Positions 37,075 to 48,377 of a stretch of 64,000 nt of DNA are shown piece by piece. Source of the DNA: Candidatus Latescibacterota bacterium (lineage in GTDB: Bacteria; Latescibacterota; UBA2968); contig OZ242311.1 of the NCBI GenBank assembly GCA_965207885.1, positions 5,632,001-5,696,000 of the forward strand, given 5' to 3'. Numbering within the stretch: position 1 is the first letter of the stretch; each line of letters starts with the position of its first letter. The notes under the pieces were generated by a model, which was given only the letters and a program-made list of their open reading frames with translations, made no database searches and was not told where the DNA came from. Made by a program: the position numbers and the translations under genes.

Positions 37075-39561
37075 ATGATTGCCAATTATTTTCGAACATG
37101 GTTTCGCAATGTAATCAAGTACAGAACGTATGCCGCCATTAACCTGTTGGGTTTGGGGATAGGGATTGCCTGCTGCTATCTTTGCGTGCTTTACCTTCTT
37201 TACGATTGGAGCTTTGACAGATTCCATCAAGACCATCATCGCATATACCGCGTTACTGGGAAAATGCAGTACTGGAAAAGAATGGGTGGCCCTATAGCGG
37301 GCACCTGGGCTGAGACGGTCCATTTTCCGGTCCCATTGGCATCGGTGATGCCTGTTGAGATTCCAGAAATCGAGATTGCCACCAGTATAAAAGATATCAA
37401 TTCTCCTCTAAATAAGACGACGTGGCGCGTGGGTACTCACAAAAATTCTCTGCGGGATATAGAAGACGTCATATTCGTAGATAGCAATTTTGTGGAGATT
37501 TTTTCGTTTCCTATCATCAGTGGTACATTCCTCTCAAGTCCAAATCAAGTTGTGATCACACGCGCATTCGCTCAGACACTTACCAATGATATTATCAGTT
37601 TGGTGGGCAAAACTTTATGGATACAACCCCCTGAGCGACCATTTTCCAGAAATCAGCAAAGTGCAGTCGCCGTTGAAATCGGAGGCATTGTGGAAACCCC
37701 TCCCCGCAATTCGAGTCTGACGTTCGAGATTCTTGTGCCTTTTACTATGTATTCAACCTTTCGTACTAAAAGAAAGCGAGAATGGGATTGGGCCTTTACT
37801 GCCAATCATTACATTCGCTTATCAGAAGAATCGCCTGTAAATGTCGTAGAGGAAAAGCTCACGCAGGTCATCCAGAAGCGATCAGCCTTCAACTCGCTAC
37901 GGGATGCATCTACCTTTGAGGCCAAACTGCAACCTATAACTGATTTGCACCACATAGTTAAGGGAATCGGTGGTGATGGCGTGCGTCCAGGTACCAACCC
38001 GATATATGGCTACATTCTCAGCGGCATGGGTGTCCTGGTCCTGTCTGTCGCGTGTTTGAATTACGTTCTACTCTACGTAGCGCGGTTCAATTCGCGTACA
38101 AAAGAACTGGGCATAAGACAAATCTTTGGCGCAAACCGACGGCAACTCAGATACCAGCTATTGGTCGAATGCTTTGGATACAGCCTGTTGGCGTGCGTCA
38201 TAGGCCTGGTAGTCGCAGAATTGGCATCAGGTCCTCTTGAAGGCGTTTTGAAAACCTCACTCGTGTCCTCGACAGACCCCATTCAGACCGCGATCATTCT
38301 CCTATCGCTTGCCTGTCTAATAGGTCTGGGCACAGCTCTTTACCCGGCAGCCTTTATGTCGTCTGTTTCTGCGGTCAGCGTTCTAAACAAAACAGCAAAA
38401 GCCGTCAGGTCTGGACCTTTTTTGAAAATATTAATGGCCATCCAATCCGGTGTGACATTGGTATTTGTATTTTGCACAATAATTATCTTTCAACAGACCT
38501 ATTTCGTTGTCACAGCGGATCCGGGATTTGAACCCGCGAATCTGGTCAGACTCAGCATCAGAGGATTGACGAAAAATGAGGTTGCTCGCCTGCAAGCATC
38601 CCTATCTGAGCATCCGCTCGTAGCCACATGCGTCCGGAAAATTGGATCAGCAGGCATACAGATGAAGGACAGCAATGGCAACTTGATTGATGAGGTGATT
38701 ACCTATGAAGCAGATGGTGACTTTCTCAAGACTTTGGGGTTGAAACTCCTACAGGGAAAATCCTTGTACCCAAACCCCACTCAGGGTGATGTGATCGTGA
38801 ATGAAGCCTTCTTAAAACGCCTGAAATCGGAACAACCTCTTGGACAGTTGATCACTCAGGCAGATGAAAATACAAGCTCACGCGTGTTTGGGCGCAATGT
38901 CAGTGGCCGCATCGCAGGTGTGGTCAAAGACTTTCACTTCCGAGACTTGCGCCACACAACTCCGCCTACCGTCATCGCCATTGCCGATGATGCGACCACA
39001 TATTTATTTAAAGAAAAACACATCACTGGAGAAATATTAATTCGCATCCAGGAGAACAGTGCCGATAAATTTGTCCCTTACCTCGAAAAGCTCTGGAAAG
39101 ACCTGAAAATTGGCGGGTTGCTGACATTCTCCTTCGTAGAAGATGAAAGACAAAAATTTTACGCCAAAGAAATCAGTTGGAGCAAAATCGTCTCTGGTGC
39201 TGCCTTGTGTGCTGTCCTCATCGCATCAATGGGTGCCCTGGGCATGATCTCCCTATCCGTGGCACGCAGAAGAAAGGAAATAGCCATCCGAAGGGTCATG
39301 GGTGCCGTGCCATCCAAAATAGCCAGTGAGATTGTGCTGAACTACGCGCTGCCTGGATTTACAGCCGCCGTCATCGCGCTTCCGCTCTCCTACTTCTTTA
39401 TGGACGAATGGCTCTCAATATTTGCCTACCGCTTTCAATTTGGTCTTGGCACGATTTTGACAGCGATCTTATTGGGTATCCTGCTTCCTCTCACAGGCGG
39501 TTTCTTACACGCGATAAAGATCGCTTCAGAGAGTCCCAGCGCAGCCCTTCGAGAGGACTGA
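37075..39561 (+). CDS. ABC transporter permease, duplicated MacB/FtsX type
   Basis: NYFRT..RN...YAAINLLGLGIG, SFDRFH, RTKELGIRQIFGA, GVVKDFHF and RRRKEIAIRRVMGA, ending ALRED. Confidence 0.9.
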   Translation: MIANYFRTWFRNVIKYRTYAAINLLGLGIGIACCYLCVLYLLYDWSFDRFHQDHHRIYRVTGKMQYWKRMGGPIAGTWAETVHFPVPLASVMPVEIPEIEIATSIKDINSPLNKTTWRVGTHKNSLRDIEDVIFVDSNFVEIFSFPIISGTFLSSPNQVVITRAFAQTLTNDIISLVGKTLWIQPPERPFSRNQQSAVAVEIGGIVETPPRNSSLTFEILVPFTMYSTFRTKRKREWDWAFTANHYIRLSEESPVNVVEEKLTQVIQKRSAFNSLRDASTFEAKLQPITDLHHIVKGIGGDGVRPGTNPIYGYILSGMGVLVLSVACLNYVLLYVARFNSRTKELGIRQIFGANRRQLRYQLLVECFGYSLLACVIGLVVAELASGPLEGVLKTSLVSSTDPIQTAIILLSLACLIGLGTALYPAAFMSSVSAVSVLNKTAKAVRSGPFLKILMAIQSGVTLVFVFCTIIIFQQTYFVVTADPGFEPANLVRLSIRGLTKNEVARLQASLSEHPLVATCVRKIGSAGIQMKDSNGNLIDEVITYEADGDFLKTLGLKLLQGKSLYPNPTQGDVIVNEAFLKRLKSEQPLGQLITQADENTSSRVFGRNVSGRIAGVVKDFHFRDLRHTTPPTVIAIADDATTYLFKEKHITGEILIRIQENSADKFVPYLEKLWKDLKIGGLLTFSFVEDERQKFYAKEISWSKIVSGAALCAVLIASMGALGMISLSVARRRKEIAIRRVMGAVPSKIASEIVLNYALPGFTAAVIALPLSYFFMDEWLSIFAYRFQFGLGTILTAILLGILLPLTGGFLHAIKIASESPSAALRED

Positions 39562-39582
39562 TTAACGAGAAGGGAATACAAT

Positions 39583-42078
39583 ATGTTTCGCAACTATCTC
39601 CTTGCCACCCTGCGGAATTTACGCCACCAGAAGCCCTATGCCTTGATCAATCTGATCGGCTTGGGCCTGGGTATTGGTTGCTGTTATCTCTGTGTGCTGT
39701 ATATCCTGCATGATTGGAGTTTTGATAGGTTTCACCAAAACTCTGACCGCATTTATCGAATTACGATGCATGCAAAATATAGAGCAATTGAAAATATGGG
39801 ACCTCTGGCAGGAAAGGATGACCTCATCACTGCTTTCCCTTCAGCTTTGTCACAGGTAGTGATTTCTCAGATCCCAGAAGTTGAAACCACAACTCGCATT
39901 GTGCCTGCGTCTATAAAATGGCCCCATTGGAATATCAAATTTGAAAGAGAAAATTTTCACAGCATAGATGAAATTCGCGTCAATGAAATTATTCTGGTAG
40001 ATGAAAGTTTCTACGAGCTATTTTCCTTTCCCCTCATAAGCGGTAGCTTCCCTGCCAGGTCGAACGGCATTGTGTTAAGCGAAGATATGGCTGCAATGCT
40101 GTCGAATAACGCAAACGAGTTGATTGGCAAAACATTGTCCATTCAGTCTGAACGATACAAAGACGAAGCGTCAATGCAGTCCGTGGAGGTCACCGGCATC
40201 ATTGAATCGCCTCCGAGCAACTCCAGCTTGCGCTTCAAAGCACTGTTGCCATTTCACCTGGGGCCAAAGCTGCTTGGGCAAAAAAACGAAGGATGGAGTT
40301 GGTGGAACAATGGCGGTATCTATTTTGTCCGCCTGAAACCGGAAGCCAATATTGATGGCATAGAAAAAAAACTCACACAAATCATAAAAAAACATCCTTT
40401 CGACTTATATGATCCCGATGCCTTTCGCATAAAGCTACAATCTATCTCCGAACTCCACTACGATGACTTTCGCGGTGCTTATCGAGGCACAGGATTGCTG
40501 CCCGGTACAAATCCCCTCTATGCCTACATTCTTCTCGGCATTAGCGTACTTATTTTATCCGTCGCCTGTGTGAATTATTCGCTGCTCTACGCCGGAAGAT
40601 TTAGCGCACGCGTGAAGGAATTTGGTCTCAGGCAAATTCTGGGTGCTGCGCGCAACCACCTCGGCTATCAACTTTTATTCGAATGCTTCAGTTTCAGTCT
40701 TCTCGCCTGTATTGTCGGCTTGAGTTTCGCCGAGTTGATGGCACCAACACTTGAGGGGATTCTCCAAACGCAATTCACGTCCTTCGCCAACCCATTCACA
40801 GCAGCTATCATCCTCCTGACAATCGCATCTATAACCGGCCTCTCAACCTCCCTCTATCCCGCTGCACTAATCTCATCCCTCTCGCCCTTAAGCATTGTTC
40901 GCAGAGACGCAAAATTTGGCCGATCTGGTCCCTTCTTGAAAGTCCTCATGGGCATTCAGTGTGGCATCACATTAAGCCTTGTATTTTCCGCGCTTGTCAT
41001 GGCTCGGCAAGTCTATTTTTTAACAACAAATGACCTCGGCTTCAACATCCACAACCTGATCAGCGTAAATATCGAAGACCTGCGTTCAACAGGGGATCAA
41101 GCAGACGTATTACAGCAATCTCTTGACACTATTCCCGGTGTTATCTCTATTGCAAAAACCCGTCAGTCCATTGGATGGTCAAATTTCGCAAAATTGCGAG
41201 ACGATAGCGGCAACACCATCGAAGAAGTAAATTATTTTCAGGTGGATGATAACTTTGTAAAAACAGTGGGATTGGAGATCTTGCTCGGAAGAGAATTTGA
41301 GGAAGGAGAGCAAACGGGTCACGTCATCATCAATGAGTCATTGCAAAAACGGATGGGAATAACCAACCCCCTTGGACAAAGCCTATCTCCGGCGGAGAAT
41401 CGCTCGCGGTTATTTGGAAACGCCTCCAGTGGTCAGATTGTGGGTGTTGTGAAAGATTTCCACTTTCGGGACCTGCACCACAGTGTCTCACCAACTGTGA
41501 TCACCATTGCCGAACCGGGACAGAGACGCACGGATAGATTTCGAGAAATGTTGATCCGAATTGATGCGGAAAGAACAGCGGGAGTGCTGAATCACCTCCG
41601 CATTGCATGGGAAGCTCTGGAAACTGGAAAACCACTGCGGTTTTCGTTTGTAGAAGAAAAATTAAAAAACGCTTATACCCATGAAACGAGGTGGAGTGCT
41701 CTCGTTGCAGGCGCGTCTCTATGTGCCATTCTCATCGCATCAATGGGTACACTCGGCATGGTCTCATTATCTGTTGCACGCAGAGAAAAAGAGATCGCAC
41801 TGAGAAAAATCCTGGGCGCATCCCCCTCCAAAATTGCGGAAGGCATTGTCTTCAGCCTGACTGCTCCCGGCTTCCTGTCTGTGATTGTAGCCTTGCCCCT
41901 GGCCTATTTCTCAATGGAACACTGGTGGTTATCAAATTTTCCGTATCGAATCGAAATGGGCGTTGGCACCGCCTTGAGCGCGATTCTCGTGGGCGTCCTC
42001 CTTCCCATCGCAGGGGGATTCTTACATTCTTTCCGCGTCGCATCTCGAAGTCCCATCGACGCTCTTCGCGAGGACTGA
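39583..42078 (+). CDS. ABC transporter permease, duplicated MacB/FtsX type (paralog)
   Basis: Same motif series as 37075-39561. Confidence 0.9.
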   Translation: MFRNYLLATLRNLRHQKPYALINLIGLGLGIGCCYLCVLYILHDWSFDRFHQNSDRIYRITMHAKYRAIENMGPLAGKDDLITAFPSALSQVVISQIPEVETTTRIVPASIKWPHWNIKFERENFHSIDEIRVNEIILVDESFYELFSFPLISGSFPARSNGIVLSEDMAAMLSNNANELIGKTLSIQSERYKDEASMQSVEVTGIIESPPSNSSLRFKALLPFHLGPKLLGQKNEGWSWWNNGGIYFVRLKPEANIDGIEKKLTQIIKKHPFDLYDPDAFRIKLQSISELHYDDFRGAYRGTGLLPGTNPLYAYILLGISVLILSVACVNYSLLYAGRFSARVKEFGLRQILGAARNHLGYQLLFECFSFSLLACIVGLSFAELMAPTLEGILQTQFTSFANPFTAAIILLTIASITGLSTSLYPAALISSLSPLSIVRRDAKFGRSGPFLKVLMGIQCGITLSLVFSALVMARQVYFLTTNDLGFNIHNLISVNIEDLRSTGDQADVLQQSLDTIPGVISIAKTRQSIGWSNFAKLRDDSGNTIEEVNYFQVDDNFVKTVGLEILLGREFEEGEQTGHVIINESLQKRMGITNPLGQSLSPAENRSRLFGNASSGQIVGVVKDFHFRDLHHSVSPTVITIAEPGQRRTDRFREMLIRIDAERTAGVLNHLRIAWEALETGKPLRFSFVEEKLKNAYTHETRWSALVAGASLCAILIASMGTLGMVSLSVARREKEIALRKILGASPSKIAEGIVFSLTAPGFLSVIVALPLAYFSMEHWWLSNFPYRIEMGVGTALSAILVGVLLPIAGGFLHSFRVASRSPIDALRED

Positions 42079-42157
42079 TACACAAATCTCTGTCTTTCAT
42101 TCTCTCGATAACTATATTATACAGTCTTCAAATAATCCATAACCAAAAGGAGCGCAC

Positions 42158-43561
42158 ATGAGTGAAAGACCCAATATCCTATTTATCATGACTGATGATC
42201 ACGCATCGCATGCCATGAGTTGTTATAACAGTCGGATTAACGAAACGCCCAATCTGGACCGCATCGCTGAAGGTGGCATGCGCTTTAACAACTGCTTTTG
42301 CACCAACTCGATCTGCGCGCCGAGCCGGGCGGTAATCTTGACCGGCACGTACAATCACATCAACGGCGTCACCACATTGCGCACAAACCTGGACGGCCGA
42401 CAGGTCACATTTCCCAAACTCCTGCAAGCCGCGGGATATCAAACCGCAATGGTGGGCAAATGGCATCTCGGGCACGGCGGACACAATGACCCCACCGGAT
42501 TTGACTACTGGAACGTACTGCCCGGACAAGGCGCATATCACAACCCCCTGATGTACGACATGGGCAAAGAAGTTCACTACGAGGGATATACCACAGACAT
42601 CATAACCGACCTCGCACTGGACTGGCTAAAAGACCGCGACAAAAACAAACCATTCATGCTCATGTATCACCACAAAGCGCCCCATCGCCCCTGGGAGCCA
42701 GATGACAAACACGCGGACATGTACGAAGACATCGACATCCCCGAACCCGAAACACTGTGGGACGACTACAGCAACCGCGCCACAGCGGCATCGCAGGCTG
42801 AAATGCGCGTCAACCGGGACCTGAACCCCCGCGATCTGAAACAACCCGTACCCGAAGGCTTAAGCCCCGAAGAAGACATGCGATGGAAATACCAGCGCTA
42901 CATCAAAGACTACCTGCGCTGCGTGGCATCCGTCGATGACAATGTCGGCCGCGTATTGGACTACCTGGACGAAGAAGAACTAACCGACAACACCATCGTC
43001 GTCTATACATCGGACCAGGGCTTTTACCTGGGCGACCACGGCTGGTACGACAAGCGATTCATGTACGAAGAATCCCTCCGCATGCCATTCCTCATCCGGT
43101 ACCCCAAAGAAATCAAAGCGGGTAGCGTTTGTGACGACATGATCCTCAACGTAGATTTCGCATCCACATTCCTGGACTATGCCGGAATAAATATCCCCAG
43201 CCATTTTCAAGGACACAGCATGCGCCCCCTGTTAAATGGCGACCGACCCGCCTACTGGCGCGCCTCAATGTATTACCGGTACTGGATGCACCTCAACGGG
43301 CATAATATCTACGCGCACTACGGAGTCAGAACACACCGGCACAAACTCATCTACTATTACGCCGACGGATGTGGACAAGAAGGCGCCTCGGACGACGCCC
43401 GAGAACCAGAATGGGAATTATTTGACCTGGACAAAGACCCGTATGAACTGAACAGTGTCTATCACAATCCAGAATACGCAGAAATAGTCGCCGAACTAAA
43501 AGACGAACTCCACCGCTTGCAGGACGAAGTGGGGGATGAGCGATACGAAAAAGACGTGTAA
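42158..43561 (+). CDS. Sulfatase (N-acetylglucosamine-6-sulfatase-like)
   Basis: [33 protein letters not shown] and [16 protein letters not shown]. Confidence 0.93.
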   Translation: MSERPNILFIMTDDHASHAMSCYNSRINETPNLDRIAEGGMRFNNCFCTNSICAPSRAVILTGTYNHINGVTTLRTNLDGRQVTFPKLLQAAGYQTAMVGKWHLGHGGHNDPTGFDYWNVLPGQGAYHNPLMYDMGKEVHYEGYTTDIITDLALDWLKDRDKNKPFMLMYHHKAPHRPWEPDDKHADMYEDIDIPEPETLWDDYSNRATAASQAEMRVNRDLNPRDLKQPVPEGLSPEEDMRWKYQRYIKDYLRCVASVDDNVGRVLDYLDEEELTDNTIVVYTSDQGFYLGDHGWYDKRFMYEESLRMPFLIRYPKEIKAGSVCDDMILNVDFASTFLDYAGINIPSHFQGHSMRPLLNGDRPAYWRASMYYRYWMHLNGHNIYAHYGVRTHRHKLIYYYADGCGQEGASDDAREPEWELFDLDKDPYELNSVYHNPEYAEIVAELKDELHRLQDEVGDERYEKDV

Positions 43562-43573
43562 GAGGAATCTTTA

Positions 43574-44920
43574 ATGTCTAATGTAGTATTCATCATGACC
43601 GACAACCAGGGCGCATGGACCCTGGGCTGTTATGGCAACCCGGACATACAAACCCCCAACATCGACAGACTCGCAGATGAAGGGATTCGGTTCTCAAACG
43701 CCTATTGCGTAAACTCGGTCTGCTCGCCCAGCCGCGCCACATTCATGACCGGACTGATCCCCTCTCAGCACGGCGTACACTGCTACCTCGGCGGAGAAAG
43801 ACCAGATGCTCAGATGGGACCAGACGCGTACTGCACCATTCGGGAATTTGCAAACCTCCCCCGCGTAATGGCAGACGCGGGACATGTATGCGGACTGAGC
43901 GGAAAGTGGCACCTCGGAGACAGCCTGCGGCCCCAGGAGGGATTCTCATACTGGTTTACCCGCCCGAAGGGACACACCACGACATTTTACGACGATGAAT
44001 GGATCTGGCAAAACCGGGTATATACCGAACCTCGATACACAACCGAAGCCATAACAGAACACGCTCTGGAATTCCTGCGACAAAACCACCACCAGCCATT
44101 CTTCCTCTACGTAGCGTACAACGGTCCCTATGGCCTGGGAACAAGCATGCTGGAAACACATCTCAACCGACATACCGAATACTACGCGGACAAAGAACTG
44201 CCGAGCTTCCCCAGAGAGCCAGTACATCCATGGCTACGCAGCAATCGGGACATGATCAACAACCCGATAAGCATTCGCGGATATGCCGCAGCGGTCAGCG
44301 GCGTAGATGACGGGGTAGGCGAAATAACAAACGCCTTAAAAGAATACGGATTGGAAGAAGACACACTGGTAATTTTCACAGCAGATCAGGGCTGGTGCGG
44401 CGGACATCACGGAATGTGGGGCATGGGAGACCACTCCCGACCCCTGCATACTTATGAAGAAACCATCCACATCCCGCTGATATTCCGCCAGCCCGGACGG
44501 ATACCGGCAGGCAGAGTATTTGAAGGGCGAACATGCAATTACGATTTCTTCCCCTCCGTACTGGACCATCTGGAATTGCGGGAACGGATCGCCGACAACC
44601 CCAATCTCCCCGGCACAAGTTATGCCCCAGCACTTATAGGAAAAGAAATGACCTGGAATAATGAAATATTCCACGAATTTGAAAACACGCGCCTGGTGCG
44701 AAATGACCTCTGGAAATACACCTGGCGTCACCTAGATGGCCCGGATGAGCTATACGATATGCAGGCCGACCCGGGAGAACGCAACAACCTGGCGAACCGC
44801 TCCCACGCAACAGTCATCAACGAATGTCGCAACCGCATCCAGAACTTCTTTAACCAGTATGCAGACCCCCAGTACGACCTGTGGCGCGGGGGACGCTCCA
44901 AAGCGGGGCGAATCGGATAA
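43574..44920 (+). CDS. Sulfatase
   Basis: NVVFIMTDNQ, VCSPSRA, GKWHLG and ADQG. Confidence 0.92.
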   Translation: MSNVVFIMTDNQGAWTLGCYGNPDIQTPNIDRLADEGIRFSNAYCVNSVCSPSRATFMTGLIPSQHGVHCYLGGERPDAQMGPDAYCTIREFANLPRVMADAGHVCGLSGKWHLGDSLRPQEGFSYWFTRPKGHTTTFYDDEWIWQNRVYTEPRYTTEAITEHALEFLRQNHHQPFFLYVAYNGPYGLGTSMLETHLNRHTEYYADKELPSFPREPVHPWLRSNRDMINNPISIRGYAAAVSGVDDGVGEITNALKEYGLEEDTLVIFTADQGWCGGHHGMWGMGDHSRPLHTYEETIHIPLIFRQPGRIPAGRVFEGRTCNYDFFPSVLDHLELRERIADNPNLPGTSYAPALIGKEMTWNNEIFHEFENTRLVRNDLWKYTWRHLDGPDELYDMQADPGERNNLANRSHATVINECRNRIQNFFNQYADPQYDLWRGGRSKAGRIG

Positions 44921-44933
44921 GGGTAAAGCACCA

Positions 44934-44967
44934 CAAAAAAAGACACCGATATATGGTGTCTTTTTTG
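44934..44967. terminator. Bidirectional terminator between convergent genes
   Basis: AAAAAAAGACACC-GATATAT-GGTGTCTTTTTT. Confidence 0.8.
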
Positions 44968-44985
44968 TATCAACCGTAAAACGCC

Positions 44986-47900
44986 TTAGTCGGCCGCCTG
45001 CGCGTCCATTCCTCCAGTGGGTCGGGCTCGACGGAAAGCCACCACCGCGATCTGTCGCAATATCCCCCGCAGATCGTCCAGAAAGGTGTAGAAAAGCGGT
45101 ACCACAAACAGAGTGAGAAGCGTAGAACAGAGCAGCCCACCCATCATGGTGCGACCCAGAGGCGCGTAAGGTGTCCCCAGCATAGAACTGTTCCCCAGTG
45201 CCATGGGCATCAAACCAAACACCGTGGTAAACGTCGTCATCAAAATCGGCCGGAACCGATTAAACCCGGCTTCCAGAATGGCCTCGTCACGTGCCATCCC
45301 CTCCGCGCGAAGTCGATTAATCATATCCACCAGCACAATGGCATTGTTCACCACTACCCCAACCAATACAATAAGTCCCACCTGCGCCATCGGATTCATC
45401 GCTGTATCCCACAAGTAGAGCGTCCAATAGACCCCCAGAAAAGAAAATGGGACAGCCAGTAACACTGAAAAGGGCAGGATAATGGATTCGAAGAGCACCC
45501 CCATGAGCAAAAATACGAAGGTGATGGCCAGAATGATTGCAAAATTCATCATGTCATTTTCTTCTCGATACCGCTGTCCCTCCGTACCCCGATCCCAAGA
45601 ATACCCATAGGGAAGCGACATGCCGTCCATCACTCGATCAATATCTGTGAAGAGCGTCTTTAGATCATCCTCCATGGTAAAACACTTCAGCCTAATTCGC
45701 ATCTTTCCGTCAATCCGCCGAATGGTCCCTGGCCCTTCGGTCACCTTGAATGAAGCAAAGGCGGACAGGGGAATACTCTGCCCGTCCCTGGAAGTAAACA
45801 TATAATTTTTCAACTGCGCCACCTGCTGCCGGTCCACCTCTCGCAACCGGAGCCGAACTTCCACTTCCCGGTCGTCCGACTTGTAACGCGGCAGAAAGGT
45901 CCCCCGAAGTTGAAATCCGATACTCTGCCCCACTTCCTGCGCATTAATCCCGTATTTTTTAGCCCGATCCCGATTGATCACGACCTGCACCTCCGGTTCG
46001 GCCCGCTCCAGATCGTTTTCGATGTTCACAATCTCAGGGATGGTCTGTAGCCGACGTTCCGCCTCCTCCACCAGGGGGATCAGCCCCTCCTGATCTTCAC
46101 CGTAGAGAAACACCTTGATATTGGCATCGGTGTTCACCGCCTGTGAATTGTTGGTATTCACAGACCTTCGGACGCCCACATGCTTGGGGAAGTTCTCCTT
46201 CATATCTTTGATCACGTCCTTTTTGCTCATGCGCTGGTCCAGAGGAAAACCAATTTTCGCCCTCGCATCTCGATAAACCGTGTACCACCATTCCTCGGCG
46301 TCCTGATGATGGAGAAAAGCCTGGATACGCAGACCCGTTTTCCAGTAACTCAGCCGGATCGTTCGAACCCCATAGAGTTCCCGTCTGGCTTCAAAATAGG
46401 CCTCGTATTCGGCCCCCAGCTTGCCGATATCCTCAAAGGTGAAAAAAGGCGGCGGATAGGCCCGAACATAGACCTCGTTGAGGTTAAATCCGCCCGCGTT
46501 GGCCGTCTTCACCTTTTCCAGCGGATAAAGCATGGTGGCCATCATCCCCACCACAATCAAGGTCGTATCTCGCCGGTGTGTCACGGTCCAGGATAACATG
46601 CGGTGATAAGTGTCTCGCATCCAGCGAATCACCCTCAGGTCTGCCTTAATATCGCGCCCGCCAAATCGCTTGGCCGCAAGTGGGATAAACAACAAGGCGA
46701 CAAACAAAGATCCGACAAGCGCCACCACCACGGGCATTCCGATGCGGGCGAGTTGGAAGGTGAGGTTCCTGCTTCCACCCATTAAGATCAGGGGCAAAAA
46801 CACGACCACGGTGGTTAAGGTGGCCATTGTAATGGCCAGCCCCACCTCACTGGCCCCACCAATAGACGCTTCGTAGGGCGCGTCACCCTTTGCCCGCCTC
46901 CGGTAGATATTTTCAACAATCACAATCGCATTATCGACCACCATCCCCACCCCCACCATCAGCCCCATCATCGTGAAGAGATTGAGCGTCCATCCCACAA
47001 AATACAACGCTGTCGTCGTGATCATCAAACAAAGCGGAATAGCCAGCGTGATCAACGCGGTCATGCGCATAGACCGAAGGAATAACAGCAGCACCAGGGC
47101 GGCGAAAAATCCGCCCCAGAGGCCGGTGTTCCGCAGATTGCGGATCGACTCTCCGACCACCTTGCCCTGGTTAAAAAAAGCGTCAAATTCGATATCCGTT
47201 CTGCTCTCGATCTGGTCTAAAGCGGCCTGGACCCGGTTGCACACATCCACCAAATTTTCGCCGGGTTCCCGAAACACGCCAAGATTGATGGCGGGCTTGC
47301 CGTCGATGCGCTGATACCACTGCCGATCGGGCACATCGTAAGCCACTCGGGCCACATCTTTTAAGCGAACCTCACTGTCCTGGGTCGGGATCAGGATATT
47401 TTCTATCTCCGACAGGCTGTGGTATTTCGCCATGGAGCGGACGAAAAATTTCTTGCCACCTTCCTGGACATACCCTCCCGTGAGCGAGAAATTGTCTGAT
47501 CGCAGCCCCATCACCAGTTGGAAGGGCTGCACCCCTCGCGTCACCATCTTTTCCACATCGATCTCCACCAGTACCTCGTTGCGATTCACCCCCCACAACT
47601 GCACCTGAGCTACCCCTTCCAGTCGCTCCAGGGGCCTTTTGATGTGGAGATCGGAAAAATAATACGGATCTTCTATCCCATCGGGCAGTGCCACCCCCAC
47701 CCACATCACCTCCATGTCGGTATCTGGATTCCACTTCCACACAAAAGTGTGATCCCGCACCTCCTCGGGCAGGTCGATCTTGGCACGATCCAGGCGATCC
47801 ACCAGTTGATTATACGCCAATTGTATATTTGCATCTTCCCGCAGCCAGACCCCCATCCACAGGCCCCACTGAGAACTTGCGAAACTTTCAAAGCCTCTGA

Positions 47901-48147
47901 CCCCCTTCACCGTGCGGATGTGCTCCTCAACGGGCCTTCGAATTTGCCGGTCAATCTCCTGGGGCGCCAGGCCCGGAAAATCTACCCCGACCCAGAGCCA
48001 TCGGTTCTCCCAGCCACTGGGGAAGGCCTGCGACTGAAGTCGAACATAAGACACCAGACCCACCACCAGCAGCGCCACAAGCGTCACCGTGACCATCACC
48101 GGACGCGTGACCGAGATGCGTGGCAGAAAAGAGGAATGGGTTTTCAA
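44986..48147 (-). CDS. RND efflux transporter permease (AcrB/AcrD/AcrF family)
   Basis: 1053 aa with GMVVDNAIVIVEN, GVVVNNAIVLVD and RFRPILMTT. Confidence 0.92.
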   Translation of the reverse strand: MKTHSSFLPRISVTRPVMVTVTLVALLVVGLVSYVRLQSQAFPSGWENRWLWVGVDFPGLAPQEIDRQIRRPVEEHIRTVKGVRGFESFASSQWGLWMGVWLREDANIQLAYNQLVDRLDRAKIDLPEEVRDHTFVWKWNPDTDMEVMWVGVALPDGIEDPYYFSDLHIKRPLERLEGVAQVQLWGVNRNEVLVEIDVEKMVTRGVQPFQLVMGLRSDNFSLTGGYVQEGGKKFFVRSMAKYHSLSEIENILIPTQDSEVRLKDVARVAYDVPDRQWYQRIDGKPAINLGVFREPGENLVDVCNRVQAALDQIESRTDIEFDAFFNQGKVVGESIRNLRNTGLWGGFFAALVLLLFLRSMRMTALITLAIPLCLMITTTALYFVGWTLNLFTMMGLMVGVGMVVDNAIVIVENIYRRRAKGDAPYEASIGGASEVGLAITMATLTTVVVFLPLILMGGSRNLTFQLARIGMPVVVALVGSLFVALLFIPLAAKRFGGRDIKADLRVIRWMRDTYHRMLSWTVTHRRDTTLIVVGMMATMLYPLEKVKTANAGGFNLNEVYVRAYPPPFFTFEDIGKLGAEYEAYFEARRELYGVRTIRLSYWKTGLRIQAFLHHQDAEEWWYTVYRDARAKIGFPLDQRMSKKDVIKDMKENFPKHVGVRRSVNTNNSQAVNTDANIKVFLYGEDQEGLIPLVEEAERRLQTIPEIVNIENDLERAEPEVQVVINRDRAKKYGINAQEVGQSIGFQLRGTFLPRYKSDDREVEVRLRLREVDRQQVAQLKNYMFTSRDGQSIPLSAFASFKVTEGPGTIRRIDGKMRIRLKCFTMEDDLKTLFTDIDRVMDGMSLPYGYSWDRGTEGQRYREENDMMNFAIILAITFVFLLMGVLFESIILPFSVLLAVPFSFLGVYWTLYLWDTAMNPMAQVGLIVLVGVVVNNAIVLVDMINRLRAEGMARDEAILEAGFNRFRPILMTTFTTVFGLMPMALGNSSMLGTPYAPLGRTMMGGLLCSTLLTLFVVPLFYTFLDDLRGILRQIAVVAFRRARPTGGMDAQAAD

Positions 48148-48377
48148 GACATTTCTCCTTAGTCCAGGGCTCGGTTTTCTGACCTATCTATTCATCCGAC
48201 AAAGTAATACATCCAAAAGTTTCGCAATCAGGCCATTTACATCAGCTTCCGGGATGCCTCCTGCTCCAATAAGGAGAAAAAAGAAAAACCCATTATTAAA
48301 TGGGTTGTGTTAAATACCTCTGATATGGATAGGACAGACCGATGGGTCTGTCCTTTTTGATGGGCGCAAGCGCCCCT

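Noticed and set aside
48148-48377. Riboswitch upstream of the RND gene
   Set aside because: Hairpins are present but I could not match the conserved core of any riboswitch class.
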